Positions 41,933 to 54,525 of a DNA stretch of 64,000 nucleotides are shown piece by piece; the first letter of the stretch is position 1, and each line of letters starts with the position of its first letter. Where the stretch lies: positions 211,608,001-211,672,000 of the forward strand of contig NC_086097.1 in the NCBI RefSeq assembly GCF_963921235.1. Direction: 5' to 3'. The position numbers and the translations under genes were made by a program. The stretch comes from Mobula hypostoma (taxonomy: Eukaryota). The notes beneath the pieces were generated by a model. It was not told the origin of the DNA. It ran no database searches and saw only the letters and a program-made list of their open reading frames with translations.

Positions 41933-43034
41933 ACATGAATGTGTTTCTGCACTTTAGGCTGCAAGTAACTATGATTTCAGTTTAGCTAACAATGTTAATA
42001 ACAAATGTTAGTAACCCAAAGCAAAGTTTCACCTTTTCATTTGTCTATTCCATGTTTTTTTTTGTTTAGCCAGTTCCACAGAATTTACCTCCCATTTCCA
42101 ACGGAAATAGCAGCTATCTATGACCATGATTCTGGCATTAATGATTGTCTCCTGGAAAATTACACTATCTTCTCCTCTGCCCGATGGCAGTTTCAGTGAA
42201 TAATTTATCATCAATAAATTAAATTGCATTTTCTCTTTAGTCAGTGGAGATCAGCTCATGCAATAAGGCTTGTTTCCATTTAGTTTTCGATTTTTTTTTG
42301 TTTAAAATGTCTCATTCTTGAAAATTAAATCTGCCAGAATATCTAACTTCTGCCTTTCCTTTCTCATTTCACTAATAAGCATTGGGGTAGCGGGGGCGGG
42401 GGGGGCTAAAATGGCATTGCAGCTAATGGAGAGAAAATGGATCCAAAAATAGGTAGCTCATGAAAATTAGCATTAGCATGCAGTGAAACAATAACATGAT
42501 TAATATTATCATCAGAAAGATTAACTATCATTTATATGGTAAGTGTAAATTCTTTCAAGTTTGAAAGCAAGTCATTCAATAATGGCATGGGCAATGTATG
42601 TATAAATAATGGTCATCTTTCACTGACAGCTATCAAAATCATTTCAAAATTTAAAGTATTTCTGACAAATGTGATCTAGACATCAAACAGATCCTTTATC
42701 TTTTCTGCATTTATTTTCTTGGTCAATAAATTGCCATAATACATTATAACTGGATTTCATAACTTATGTATACTTTTCATCCTGAAGCCGAGAAAACACA
42801 GATTTGTGAGATGATGAAAGAATAATTGAAGTAATGGATTTAAGCAGTAGTTGCATTTGTGTTTGGATAAAAATATAATGAAGGGGCCTCTAAAATTGAT
42901 GTCAATGCACTGATTGGCTTTCAATTTTTTTTATGTTGGTTAGAAATGCATGATAAGTGTCCCAATAAGAAAGCATGCCTGCTTCAATAATGGTTAAAAG
43001 ATTAAAATGCACTCAAATCTTTAAAAATATTTAT

Positions 43035-43350
43035 AATGGTTCAATTTAATTCAGAGAATGTATACAGTATACAATCTGAAATTCTTACTCGTCACAAACA
43101 TCCATGAAGCAGAAGGAAAACGCCAAAGAATGAATGACAGAAAACGTTAAAACTCCAAAGCCCCCCCCACCACGCACAAGCATTAGCAGAAGCATCAACC
43201 CTCTCCCCACCACCATGCAAGCAATAGCAAAGCTCCCAGGGACCATGATCTAGAGGTCATCAAAAGCTACTGCCCATCCCAACACTTCGACATTCCAGAC
43301 AGGCTCTCTTTCTCTCTCACTAGCAACAGGGAGAGAGCTATTGTTCCTGT
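43035..43350 (-). mobile_element. Non-coding retroposon 3' fragment related to 60762-61605
   Basis: GTATACAATCTGAAATTC...CCCCCCCAC, similar to 60780-60910. Confidence 0.45.
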
Positions 43351-44221
43351 AACATAGTTAAATATTGAATCACTGAAATGCAATGTTATTCATAACAGGT
43401 GTCAGAAAATTTAAGAGGAAGAAGGGCACATGCCACAAAAAATGGTGATCCTGTCATTTGGAAGCTGGATTAAAATAAGCAAAGTTGTGATAAAATGTTG
43501 CATTAGCTTTCACATTTTAGAGAGTAATTGAGTAGCACCCAGAAGGCTAACTCCAGTTTCCGTGCCTGTTTGTCTTGTATGATACGTTACTTTCACTGCA
43601 GTATGATTCAACAAAACAGATGGTTGTATAATTGTTGATGGTGGACACACAGTGGAATGTGAGACCACACTCTGAGGCTGCGCTGTGAGCACAATGAATA
43701 GTTAACTTCGAGAAATAACGCAATATATGGGATCATATGGAGATGCTTGCCAAAGAAGTGACCAAGAATGCTTAAATTAGGAAGCTAAGAGCAAGACAAG
43801 TCTAGAAACAGCAACAAAACAAATTGTCTTAAGCAATTCAAACATCTGTGAAAAGAAGTGGTTAATCAGGAACAATGTGGGTCCCTGGAAAACTCGAGTG
43901 ATAAATAAAAACAATCAAACTTGTTGAATAACTAAATTAAGCATTTATAAGACAGAATATTAGATAAGTCCAAAGAAGCTATTATTTAATTGGGACAGGG
44001 ATTATCAAAATTAACATAAGCAATTTTGTTTATAAGATTATAACCAAACTTTTAATGGGCAAGATCATGCTGGGGTGGAGGATGATATCTTTTAACCAAA
44101 GGCTCAAAATTTGCAGAGTGACTGTCCTGATTTCTGCCTTCCCAGAGTTGAACACAATGATCTGACTGACCATTGGGGGTTAGGATTTGTCCGCTGTAAA
44201 AGATACAATTGACTACCCCAA

Positions 44222-44435
44222 ATAAGGCCTCTGTCGGTCAAGGTCATCCATGGATTTTGCATCTTAGTTGTCTGGATATGCAAGCCTGGGCAGTACAATA
44301 TGGAGAGCAAGCTGTTGCCCATGTAACAGCCCCCCCCCCGCCGACCTTTCCACGCATCTGATGAACCCAAAGAGATGGCAGAGACTGATACAGTTTGCAA
44401 CCAGCAGCATCTCAGGAGATGCCAGTCAGCATTGA
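44222..44435 (-). mobile_element. RTE-related non-autonomous element fragment (same family as 47165-47552)
   Basis: Reverse complement ATGGGCAACAGCTTGCTCTCCATA and AAACTGTATCAGTCT match 47385-47475. Confidence 0.65.
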
Positions 44436-45554
44436 TTCTTCCAAATATTAAAAATATTTAAATAATACTTATTAAAATTTACATTTGCATAATTTAAAAT
44501 ATTGCAAAGTAACTTGCCTTAAATTTTGACTACCAGTCTTTTGACCTACACCACTCCATTAAAATATAAGTGAGCTGTGATCTGGTGCCATACTGAACTA
44601 ACATTCTGATGAAGGTCATTGACCTCTTCTCCACAGATGCTGCCTAAATTTTTGAACTTTTTCTGTTTTTTTTTCACCTTTGTCTGATGTTGCAAGATGT
44701 GAACGGATCTGGGTATTAATTCACAAACTCTCCAATATGAATTTCCTTGGACATGTTTATTGTTATATTCATCTCTCTGAGTTTAAGTAATCAATTCACC
44801 AAATCCATTATTTTTACTTACAGTATCAAGAGTTTTTCAGGGACTTGTTGGGGCTAGTACCCCCCTTTTTCTTCATTATCCTTTTATACTGAATTATAAT
44901 GTGATTACTCTTCCAATTGTTCTATAAATATAAATTATTTGCAATACCAAACATTGTATGAATTTAAATGTTGGGGATACTCAGTTGGTCAGGCAACATA
45001 TACAGAGAGGAAAAACATAGCTAACCAGTCAAACTTTATTCTTCTCATTGGTGGTTCACTCCAGGTGAAAGTTCACTGCAAACAATGAAATGCTGTAAAG
45101 GGTCATGTTGAAAGCTAGCATCAATTTGGATCTCCCCTGAAAAGCTGAGAGTGGTTGAAAGGGCCAGTGAAATTGTTCTGCCGTTATTCCTTCAACAACT
45201 GAGGCTCCTATAACTCAGTAAAGGAACTGCAGAGGATTACTGCTCTGTCTTTATTAGGAAGGTTATCAGATATGAAAGCATGTCTGCTCAAAGTGCAGCC
45301 ATGGAAGTGAAAAGTGCATAGCAGGGAAATTTTAAACAGCTGGCCTATTTCCCCATGATGCATTCTCCTGGTAGTTTTCCATGCGGTGAATGCCCCATGT
45401 ACAACAACATGTGGGCTGAGCAGTAAAGCTAGAATTGTGGTGTGCTCCATTGCAAACAATGATAGCACAAAGAAAAGAGACTTGCAGGAATATTTTGACT
45501 ATTAATAAGATGATGTCAGGAGTAAAACATAAATTCAGAATGGAGGCACTTTGA

Positions 45555-46260
45555 CTTGTGTCTCAAGTTCAAGTTTAATTATTATCCAACCATACATGAA
45601 TGCAGCCAAATGAAGCAGTGTTCCACCAGGGCGAAGGTGCAAAACAGAGTACCAACAGTCATACACAGCACAAGATGCACATATAAAATAGCAGTAAATA
45701 TGGACACAGAAAAAAATAATATAGCCCAAGCCCCTGAGTGACGTGTCCTCCAAATTTATGGTGCATGGATGTTGTCGGCAAGAACAAGCCTTAAGCAGTC
45801 CAAAGACAAATGCACACACACAATCCAGCTTTTCTCTTCCACTGAGCAAACACTGGAGAGCAGCACTGATTGGGGAAGCCAGGCCCCAATCCACCATGGG
45901 TGTCGTTTCACACCACCTCTGGCTCTCCCCTCCTGGGCAGCTACAACAGATGAGCCTGCAGCCTGCGACCTAGTCTGTGCTACATCCAAGCTCACGCAGC
46001 TCCCTTGCAGTCAGTCTCGCCAATAAACCAGTAAACTGGACTTGCAGTATCTAGCATCCAGCAGGGTCTTGCAATCATAAGAATAATGTCCAAGATTGTC
46101 TTGCTGTTAGATTGCATTCGGTCTTCGTGCACTGACTCCGATGCCTTTCTGTAGTAGCTGGTAACATTGTCCACACCAAGTCCAGTTCCTCTGCTAACAA
46201 ACAATATTTGCTGCAGTTCTTGAAGTTCTTAGTATCCAGCTGTGTCTCGTGATCATGTAT
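45555..46260 (-). mobile_element. Non-coding retroposon, same family as 830-1532
   Basis: Colinear similarity with 830-1532; CAAGTTCAAGTT tandem tail at the left end. Confidence 0.65.
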
Positions 46261-46570
46261 CACTGGTGATATCAGTGCACTGCTTCCCTTGTGACTTTAC
46301 AGGGCATTCATTCTGACCTGGGAATTTCTGCTTCAATGACAAGGGCATGGAAGGTGCCCTGATGTTGCAGTTGCATCTGACTCTGTAGTCCAGGCTTGAA
46401 TTCAAACCGGGTTGAGTAACAAAGCAATTATAGAAGTTTGAGCTCAGGCCAGATCAAGAATGACCGTGGACAGCTTGGGTTTTAACTTTGTACCCATGCA
46501 GGGTTTTACTGTAAAGAGAATGGGCCTGGAATGACCACTTGGAAGTGATCACAAATGTAAATTAGTCCAT

Positions 46571-47163
46571 CAAGCAACACACATAAAAGTTGCTGGTGAA
46601 TGCAGCAGGCCAGGCAGCATCTATAGGAAGAGGTATAGTCGACGTTTCGGGCCGAGACCCTTCGTCAGGACTAACTGAAAGAAGAGCTAGTAAGAGATTT
46701 GAAAGTGGGAGAGGGAGGGGGAGATCTGAAATGATAGGAGAAGACAGGAGGGGGAGGGATGGAGCCAAGAGCTGGACAGGTGATAGGCAAAAGGGATATG
46801 AGAGGATCATGGGACAGGAGGCCCAGGGAGAAAGAAAAGGGGGAGGGGCAAGGGGTATAGTCAGAGGGACAGAGGGAGAAAAAGGAGAGAGAGAAAGAAT
46901 GTGTGTATATAAATAAATAACGGATGGGGTACGAGGGGGAGGCGGGGCATTAGCGGAAGTTAGAAAAGTCAATGTTCATGCCACCAGGTTGGAGGCTACC
47001 CAGACGGAATATAAGGTGTTGTTCCTCCAACTTGAGTGTGACTTCATCTTTACAGTAGAGGAGGCCGTGGATAGACATATCAGAATGGGAATGGGACGTG
47101 GAATTAAAATGTGTGGCCATTGGGAGACCCTACTTTCTCTGGTGGACAGAGCGTAGGTGTTCA
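46571..47163 (-). mobile_element. Penelope-like 3' fragment (GIY-YIG C-terminus and pseudo-LTR)
   Basis: Antisense translation around 46960-47120 gives ATHFNSTSHSHSDMSIHGL..LEEQHLIFRLGSLQPGGMNIDF; pLTR closely matches 55560-55660. Confidence 0.92.
46636..46673 (-). ncRNA. Minimal type I hammerhead ribozyme motif in PLE pseudo-LTR
   Basis: UAGUC-CUGACGA-A-GGG(UCUCGG)CCC-GAAA-CG-UC|GACUA: 5-bp stem I, conserved core, 3-bp stem II, palindromic ACGU in place of stem III. Confidence 0.8.
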
Positions 47164-47164
47164 G

Positions 47165-47552
47165 GCAAGTTACTGGTATCTTAAAATCATTCGCTTTGGG
47201 CGGATGGGGCTCATCAGCTATGGTTGGCACTGCATCTAGGAGAAGTAAAGCTCTGATCTCAAACCGCTCCTGCTTTGCAGCTATACCCACTGATGGGGAA
47301 GGTTTTCAGAGTAAATGCCAAGGAAAAATCCAGAGCTACAGCCCCTACATTGAGTTCAACGCTGACTGGTGACCCCACTGGTGCTAAACTGTATCAGTCT
47401 TTGCCATTCTTTTGAATCAATCAGCAGTGTGGGGAGGGAGAGCCCGCTATATGGGCAACAGCTTCCTCTCCATACCATAGTGCACTAGCCTGCGTATCAT
47501 GGAGACAGCTGGGACACAACATCCATAGTCAACCCGATCAAAAGTGCCTCAA
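47165..47552 (+). mobile_element. RTE-related non-autonomous element
   Basis: CATCTAGGAGAAGTAAAGCTCTGATCTCAAACC resembles RTE 5' regions as recalled; second copy at 44222-44435. Confidence 0.55.
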
Positions 47553-47589
47553 AAGCCTGACATGTACGTATTATTGTGGTTCTTTAGCT

Positions 47590-47890
47590 GCTCCAAAGCT
47601 TCCACTGATGACCTGTTGCAGTGGTAGGCAAATTGCAGTGGGTCCAGGTCCTTGATCAGGCAGTGATTCCAGCCATGACCAACCCCTCAAAGAACTTCAT
47701 TACAATAGATGCCAGTGATACCAGATAATAATGACTGAGCAGATCTTGAGCACTAGAATGACTGATGGCCTTTGGAAGCAGATGGGAACTTTAGAATGCA
47801 GCACTGGGAGGTTAGAGGTGTCCTTAAATACTCAAGCCAGTTCGTCAGTACAGGTTTCTAAATGCCCGCCACAGGCTGATGCCTCACAGA
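47590..47890 (-). mobile_element. Degraded Rex1-type internal fragment
   Basis: GGTAGGCAAATTGCAGTGGGTCCAGG is antisense to LDPLQFAY. Confidence 0.7.
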
Positions 47891-49399
47891 TATTGGCGGA
47901 AGTAATCACTGGAGATTTGCTGCTGCAAAGACTTGAACCTTCAGGACCTACAGCAATTCTGGCTGATGCTAGATACACTAATGATACATGATGGTTCACC
48001 TAGCAAAACCCAATCTATAGCCAAGGGCAAATGCAGGCATTGTACAATTGATAGCTAATAAGAAGCCTGTTTAGATCTATTGAAATTGTTTATAACCTGC
48101 AGCCTTCCTACGTTGTACCTGAATCCTGTGAAATAAAAGCAGAAAACGCTGGGATCACTCAACAGGCCAGGTATCACCCGGCTAAGGAGAAACAGAATTA
48201 ACATTTTGGATTCAAGACCGTTTGTCAAGATCGGGAAAGGAAGATAAAAGAGGTCAGTTCAATGAAACTGCTTTAGTTGTTGAGTGATATAATTGCAGGT
48301 GCTGACTGTGAATAAAATCTCGAAGCCCTACTCAATATATGAGATGAGATATTTGTTGGGAAAGGAATGGGTGTCTACAAAAACCTTCCAAACTAATTTC
48401 TTGGTCAGTGGCATGTTTAGAGTTCTCGGTGGAATGACTCAAGATACACAAACTACTCAGGCTGAATATGTTTTTCTTGGCTTCATGATGTTATAAAGAA
48501 ACTTATGTTTACTTGCAGTTGATGGATGAATGAAATAAAAACATGGTTTCATCAATACTTTTGGGTGAACCATCTTGTGATTTGCTATTTTTCATCTGTC
48601 AGGAGTGTCACTATGATGAACAACTGGAAAAGAAACTGGTCCAATGTAGGCAGTACACATCATAGCTCATAACTGATTTGGCTTTCTAGATATGCCTTTG
48701 GCTGTTGCATGAAACATCTTGGAAAGGGACAAATCAGTCTGGCATTTTCTACCCTTTATACTAGTAAGGGAAATAGATCTATTACTTTAACAAAATGATG
48801 GGATTGCTAGCAAAATCAAACTTCGATTATATATCAGGTTCGTTTTGTTTCAAAATTCTGCAATAATCTTGCTGATTTTTTTTCTTGTTTGAGTCTTTCA
48901 TTGGGAATTTTAAAGTGATGTCAAGTAACCATATATTTTGGAAAATGAGACTAGGTATGCAAAGGAAACTGCCCAAATGATCATAGGGCAAGATGTAATT
49001 GATTCTTTTATGTTATTTCCTTCTCTCACTCATATTAAAGCTACTGCATGAGGTGAGTGTTTCATTGAAAACACTCAGGGTGATCTTGTTTCACAGTCAC
49101 AGCCATTTTACTGCCTATGGTAGCAGTTATGCCTATGGGTGGTGCTCTGACAGAGCTTTCCAAAGTCAAAGGTATCACATCTCATTAGTCATGTACCTGC
49201 TAAATTCAGCAATCTGCAAATGCAGCAATAATTAAGCTGGCTAGCATTAAACAGCATTTCAATAAATATATTATGAGTTTAATATAAGCAAAACATTTCT
49301 CTACAAATCTAAACTTGCCTCATTCCAGAGATGATGATCTGTTGCCTTTCCATGCCAAGGTAATTTCCTGAAGTCACCCACTTTGCCTTAACTTTCTTC

Positions 49400-49835
49400 A
49401 TACCTCTGTTTGCTACCCTATCCCTGATATTCTCCAGTGCATTCTGTCTTTCCTGCTCCCATATCCCATTCTACCACTCACTTTTGTTACATTTCGTAAT
49501 TCTGTTTTATGCCTATTCTCACAAATCAACAACTCCTCCCAATCTTTTGTTTGTTGCTTTTCCATAATCTCTTTCCCTTCTTCTCTTTCTATTTCTTCTC
49601 TGCTCTCTACCAACCCCACAGAAGTTATTTAGCTTCCTTAACTCTCCACCTTCTCTTTTTTCATTCCCTTCCACCTGCCTTCTTTTACCTTTCTCTTTCT
49701 ATATCCATTTGTCATCCTTTGAAACATATTTCTTTTCCCTCCTGCTTTTCCAAACCTTCCCTTCTACTTTCTCACCATCCTATTCTTATCTTTGCTGTTT
49801 CCTCCTCCCCCTCCTCTTGACTCTTTCTCTGCTTG
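49400..49835. repeat. Degenerate pyrimidine-rich low-complexity tract
   Basis: Strong C/T bias on the + strand. Confidence 0.6.
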
Positions 49836-50309
49836 GATTGAATGCAGCTTTTGATTTTATCTACTTCTACAGGAGACAAGCTAGTTTTTGACTGAAGGAA
49901 GGTGTACTCAGCTTATTTCCTTTCCATTCCTCAGCCTTCACATAAGCAAAGAAAACCATTGATGAGGTTGTTTGATTCAGAGTCTTTAATCTGATTTCAG
50001 TGCCTATAGAAGAGAAAATGAATGCTCTACCTTTTAATATTTCAAAGCTTCTAAAAGTATGTTAAACTTACGTGAGTCATCAAAATTAGATGTACACCTA
50101 TTGTTCAATTTTCAAACGAGTTAAGACTATCGACTGAACAAATTCCAACACTGGAAAACTGAAAATAATAACAGGAAATATTAGAAAAACTCAGCAGGTC
50201 AGAGAGTGGAAAGAGAAACACTAAATGTATTAGATTTTTCAACAAGTGCTGTTGGCATTTCCAGTATTTCTGTTTTTATTTTGGGGCTCAGCTGTAGTCT
50301 AGCGATAAC

Positions 50310-50560
50310 AATCATATCTATAAAATATCCCATGCTGTGGTATAAAGAGGACCAGAGTGTTCAACCGTACTTTGGCAGGTATTCATTTCTAACCAGCATC
50401 ACTAAAACACATTATTAGGTCATTACTTTGTGGGTCCTTGCCCAAGGGAAATTTGCTGCTGCAAATCTTGCAGTACGTCAACAGTTTCACTTTAATAGTA
50501 AATCATTAGACATTGAGTACTTTGGGACCTTTTAATGTCGCGAAAGGCAAGTCTTCCAAA
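50310..50560 (+). mobile_element. Deu-domain SINE remnant
   Basis: ATCCCATG..AACCAGCATCACTAAAACACATTA..TTTGTGGG.CCTTGC..CTTTGGGAC..GAAAGGC. Confidence 0.55.
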
Positions 50561-50847
50561 TTACTTGCAATCTGACCAAGGAAAATGTGAAACAGTGATA
50601 TGTAAAATAATGTTTAGATGATGAGAAAACAGTGACTGAAACTGAAATAATTTATTTTCAGCTGATGTGTGTAAAGATTCAAGAGAAGGCTATTTTAGCA
50701 GGACTTGGTAAACATAATAAGTGTTTGACTGAACCACACTCAATTGAAAATTGTCTTGGGAAGTATTCTTTCCCTTACCATGTCCTCTAAAAGCTAAACA
50801 ACTGTTTGGGACAGCACTTGTCTGCCTGAAGAAGAGCATAGGAAATA

Positions 50848-51278
50848 TCTCTCCCCTCTCTCTGCTCCCCACTCCTCTCCCTCACTCTCCCCCTCTCCCC
50901 CCTCTCCCCCTCTCCCCCCTCTCCCCTCTCTCCCTTCTTTCTCCTTTCCCCCTCTCCCCCTCTCCCCTCACCGCCTCTTCCCCTTCCCTACTCTCACCAC
51001 ACTCTCCCCATTCCCCCAATCTCTCCCTTTCCCCCTCTCTACCCCTCTCCCTCTCTTACCCTCCCCCTCCCTCTTTCCCCACACTCTCCACCTACTCTCT
51101 ACCCCACACCCTCCCCTCTCTACCCCCTCTCTTCCCTCGCTCACACCCTTTCTCTACCCCTCTCTACCAATCTCTCTCCCCCATCTACCACTCTCTCCCC
51201 CTTCTCGCTCCCCCCTCTCTTTCCCTCTCTCTTTCCCTCTCTCTCCCCACCTCCCTCCTCTCCCTCCCCCCTCTCTCT
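50848..51278. repeat. About 430-bp polypyrimidine/polypurine (CTCCC/CT)n tract
   Basis: Almost only C and T on the + strand. Confidence 0.95.
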
Positions 51279-51339
51279 AATAACTAAGGTTGAATCAGTC
51301 TGTTGAAAATGGCACCATACTTGACTAGGAATGCTTTGT

Positions 51340-51900
51340 ACAGCTAACTTTGCTTAGTATACATACTAAAATCTTCAGCTTCTATCTCAGTAAAAGCCAT
51401 TTATCCATGTCTCTGTCTCAGCTCAGCTGCTGATAGCCTTGTCCATGCCTTTTAATCTTGACTAATCCAATCCACTCCAATTTACTGTTTATCAATGCAC
51501 TGTTCATAAACTTGAAGTCAGCTTATACAACTTTGACCCTAACTCTAACCAAGTCTTTTTCATCCATCTCCCTGCTGCTCACTGAATCACATTGAGCACT
51601 ATGAAGCAATGCCTTGATTTTAACATCCTTATTTTTGATTTCAGATCTCCCTATAACTTTGATCTTTCTTGACTCTGCTGGCCCCCATTGGCCCTGCCAG
51701 ATAACTATACTCCCAGATATTGATGTTTCCACCTTTGTAAGCATATCTGGCAGGGCGAAAACTTTCAAATGTCCTTCTTCTCCTCATTGATAATGATCAT
51801 TAATACCCACCTCTTCTGTCAATCATTTGATTAATCTGCTGAAACATCTGCATTTGTGGCTCCATTTATCAAAGTGGTGTGTTGTGGTGAATTAATTTTT
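51340..51900 (+). mobile_element. Ancient L2-clade LINE 3' fragment
   Basis: CTTGTCCATGCCTTT..CTTGACTA.TCCAAT (LVHAF..LD.SN) and CCATCTCCCTGCTGCTC..CATTG motifs. Confidence 0.55.
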
Positions 51901-53417
51901 GTAAAAATATTTTATAAAAGTCTGAACAATTCCAAATGGCACTTTAACTCTTTGTGAGCTTGCAGCTGAAAAGGTGTCTGTACAAGTTAAACACTGCAGG
52001 TTTGTTAAATGTTGGCTAACAGCGACTGGATTCTTTTTGGCCTCAGGCACAAGTGGCATGGGAACAAAAGAATAAAATGTTTATCTGCCTGTGCGTGTCT
52101 CACTATGCTTGTGGATTGAACCCCTATTTATTGAGCCACCTTTTGCTCAGTTCTTGGGACCTCACCTCGACCAAGGAATTGGGATCAACCTGCGCCTAGG
52201 ACAGACCCAGGGTGATTTCAAGCTCCTGAATTTGGAGTTCCCCTGAATACAACAACAATTTGAGTGGTGACTACAAATCGTGAGCCCTAAAATCTATGTG
52301 ATCTATGTGGAAATCTTTGTAACTTACTACATAGCATTTTGTATGGTTTATTGGTTCTTTCTATTTTATGATAAATTTGGCTTAAGTTACTTTGTTGTGC
52401 TTGTACGTTCATTACCACATCTGGACACTCGATTATGTCTGGGTCTCATCAACCCAACCCATCACAAGTGGATATGTTTTTATTGTAGTCTAGCCATCAA
52501 AAAAATTCCAACTTGACACAAGTTACAATCGGCAAAAACAACCTGGGTAAGTCTAAGTACTTTGTGGCGGAGAAGAGTAGCCTACTAAGTGGGAGTGATT
52601 CACCATTCACAGATTGCTGGACATCAAACTTGCAAATACCGTCACAGCAAATTCTTGAGAAATGTGTATTCAATTAAATCCAGCTTTTGAACCCTAAATA
52701 ATGGAGTAGGAAGCCCACTTAAGATAGCAGCCAGGAATATTACAAGCTAGTATTAGAATACATAATTCTCCCCCTTTTAGTATTCTTGCCCACAAAGACA
52801 CCATCAACGATAGATCATCATCATTTGACATAAGAACAAAGTTCCTAAAAAAACTGAACTTTTAAAAAATTTCCTGTGTTCTTATGAAAGAAAGTGAAGT
52901 TAATAATTTTGTAACAATCATTCAACAGAAATGTGGTAATTTCCATGGTTTCTGTGAATTGACTCCATGTGTAAGGAAACAATATGCAGCTTTAAGAACA
53001 TTTATTACTCTTTTCCCCCTCTGGTTCATTTAGAGCCTTATTTCTAATTGATACCAGACTATCAAAAAAGCATCTGGTAATAAGCAGCAGTTTAATTTTT
53101 TTTATATCAACGATGAAATTACAGCCATTGTATTTGTCCAGTAAGCATCAGGCTCAAAATGAATGGGACAGAACCTCTGTTAAAGGGAACTGGCTGTACT
53201 GGTTATTTTACAATGACCTTTTCTATGTTAAGTAGGTCAACATGCTGTCTGAAGGGGAGCAGAAAGGCAGAGCCTTGTGTGATGAAATATCATCACAAGC
53301 CCCCCACCCCTAAAATAGTCGCTAAAATCATTGGAGTCACATGGCCTCATTACAACCTGTTGTCAGAATATTAAGGGCAATGGATGTTTAAGAATTTTCA
53401 CAATTTGTTTAAATGTA

Positions 53418-53873
53418 CAACCCTGTGCAAAAGTCTTAGGCACGTATTTAGCTAGAGTGCCTAAGGCTTTTACGCAGTACTGTATCTGTCAACGTAGAGC
53501 GGAGAGTGAGTTTGTAAATCTGACGGGAGCAAAAGATGTTGGGAATGGAGAGGGTGGAGCACCATGGGAGGGGTGCAGACACGCCCACCCCTGAGACACT
53601 AGACAAGGTTATTTGATTCCAAACAATTGGTTTATTGATCATTACAGAATGTAATGAATGCTTCCCACTCCCTCCCCTCTCCATTCTCCTTTTCTCAACC
53701 ATGATTCCCCTCTCCCAGCACCCTTGCTACTCTCAGTCCACAATAGAAACCCATATGAGAATCAGGTTGTCATCACTCACATATATCATGAAATATGTGT
53801 TTTTTTTTGCAGTACTCCGTAAAAGGCTTCGGCACCCTAGGTATACATTTGATCCTAACACTTTTGCACACTG
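53418..53873. mobile_element. Composite Tc1/mariner-type MITE bounded by two approximately 65-bp hairpin units
   Basis: 53418-53482 (TA-flanked; CTGTGCAAAAGTCTTAGGCAC...GTGCCTAAGGCTTTTACGCAG) and an inverted diverged copy at 53810-53873. Confidence 0.7.
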
Positions 53874-53874
53874 C

Positions 53875-54525
53875 AATTGGTAATTGGTTTATTATTATCA
53901 CATGTATTGAGAAACAGTGATCAATTTTGTTTTGCATGCCATTGATACAAGTCATTTCAAATAAGCACATCAAGGAAGTACAAAAGGAAAAGCATTAACA
54001 GGATGCAATATAGAGTGTTGCAGTTACCAAGAAAGTGCAGAGCATGTGGACAATAAAGTGCAAGGGCTTTGACTGAGAAATCAAAAGTTCATCTTTATTG
54101 TAGAAGAGAGAAGAAGTCCATTCAGGTCTTATAACTGTGGTATATAAATTGACCTCAAGCCCAGTTATGCGCATTTTCAAGCTTTTGTATTTTCTGCCTG
54201 ATGGAAGGAGTTGGGTGGGGGGGGGGGTTGGTGAGAAGGTGGGAAGAAGAGTATTTCACTGAGTGGGAGATGTCTTTGATTATGTTAGCTGCTTTCAACA
54301 GGAAGGAAAACAGACAGCAGGAATGTAAACAAAGCTTATAGAGGTGTCTGATTTTCATGATAGATTGAGCTGTGTCCTCAACTCTCTTCAATTTCTTGTG
54401 TTCCAGGGCAAAGCAGTTGCCATGCCGATTAATTTGTACTTGGATAGGATGCATTCTATTGTGCATCTGTAAAAGTTGGTGAATATCATTGGGAACGTGC
54501 TGAATTTCCTAAGCTTTCTGAGGAG
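53875..54525 (-). mobile_element. Degraded Rex1-type 3' fragment
   Basis: ORF 54155-54466 KKLKRVEDTAQSI..KAANIIKD.SH. Confidence 0.75.

Noticed and set aside
50751..51287. 178-aa Pro/Leu/Ser-rich ORF
   Set aside because: By-product of the C/T tract, which cannot easily contain stop codons.
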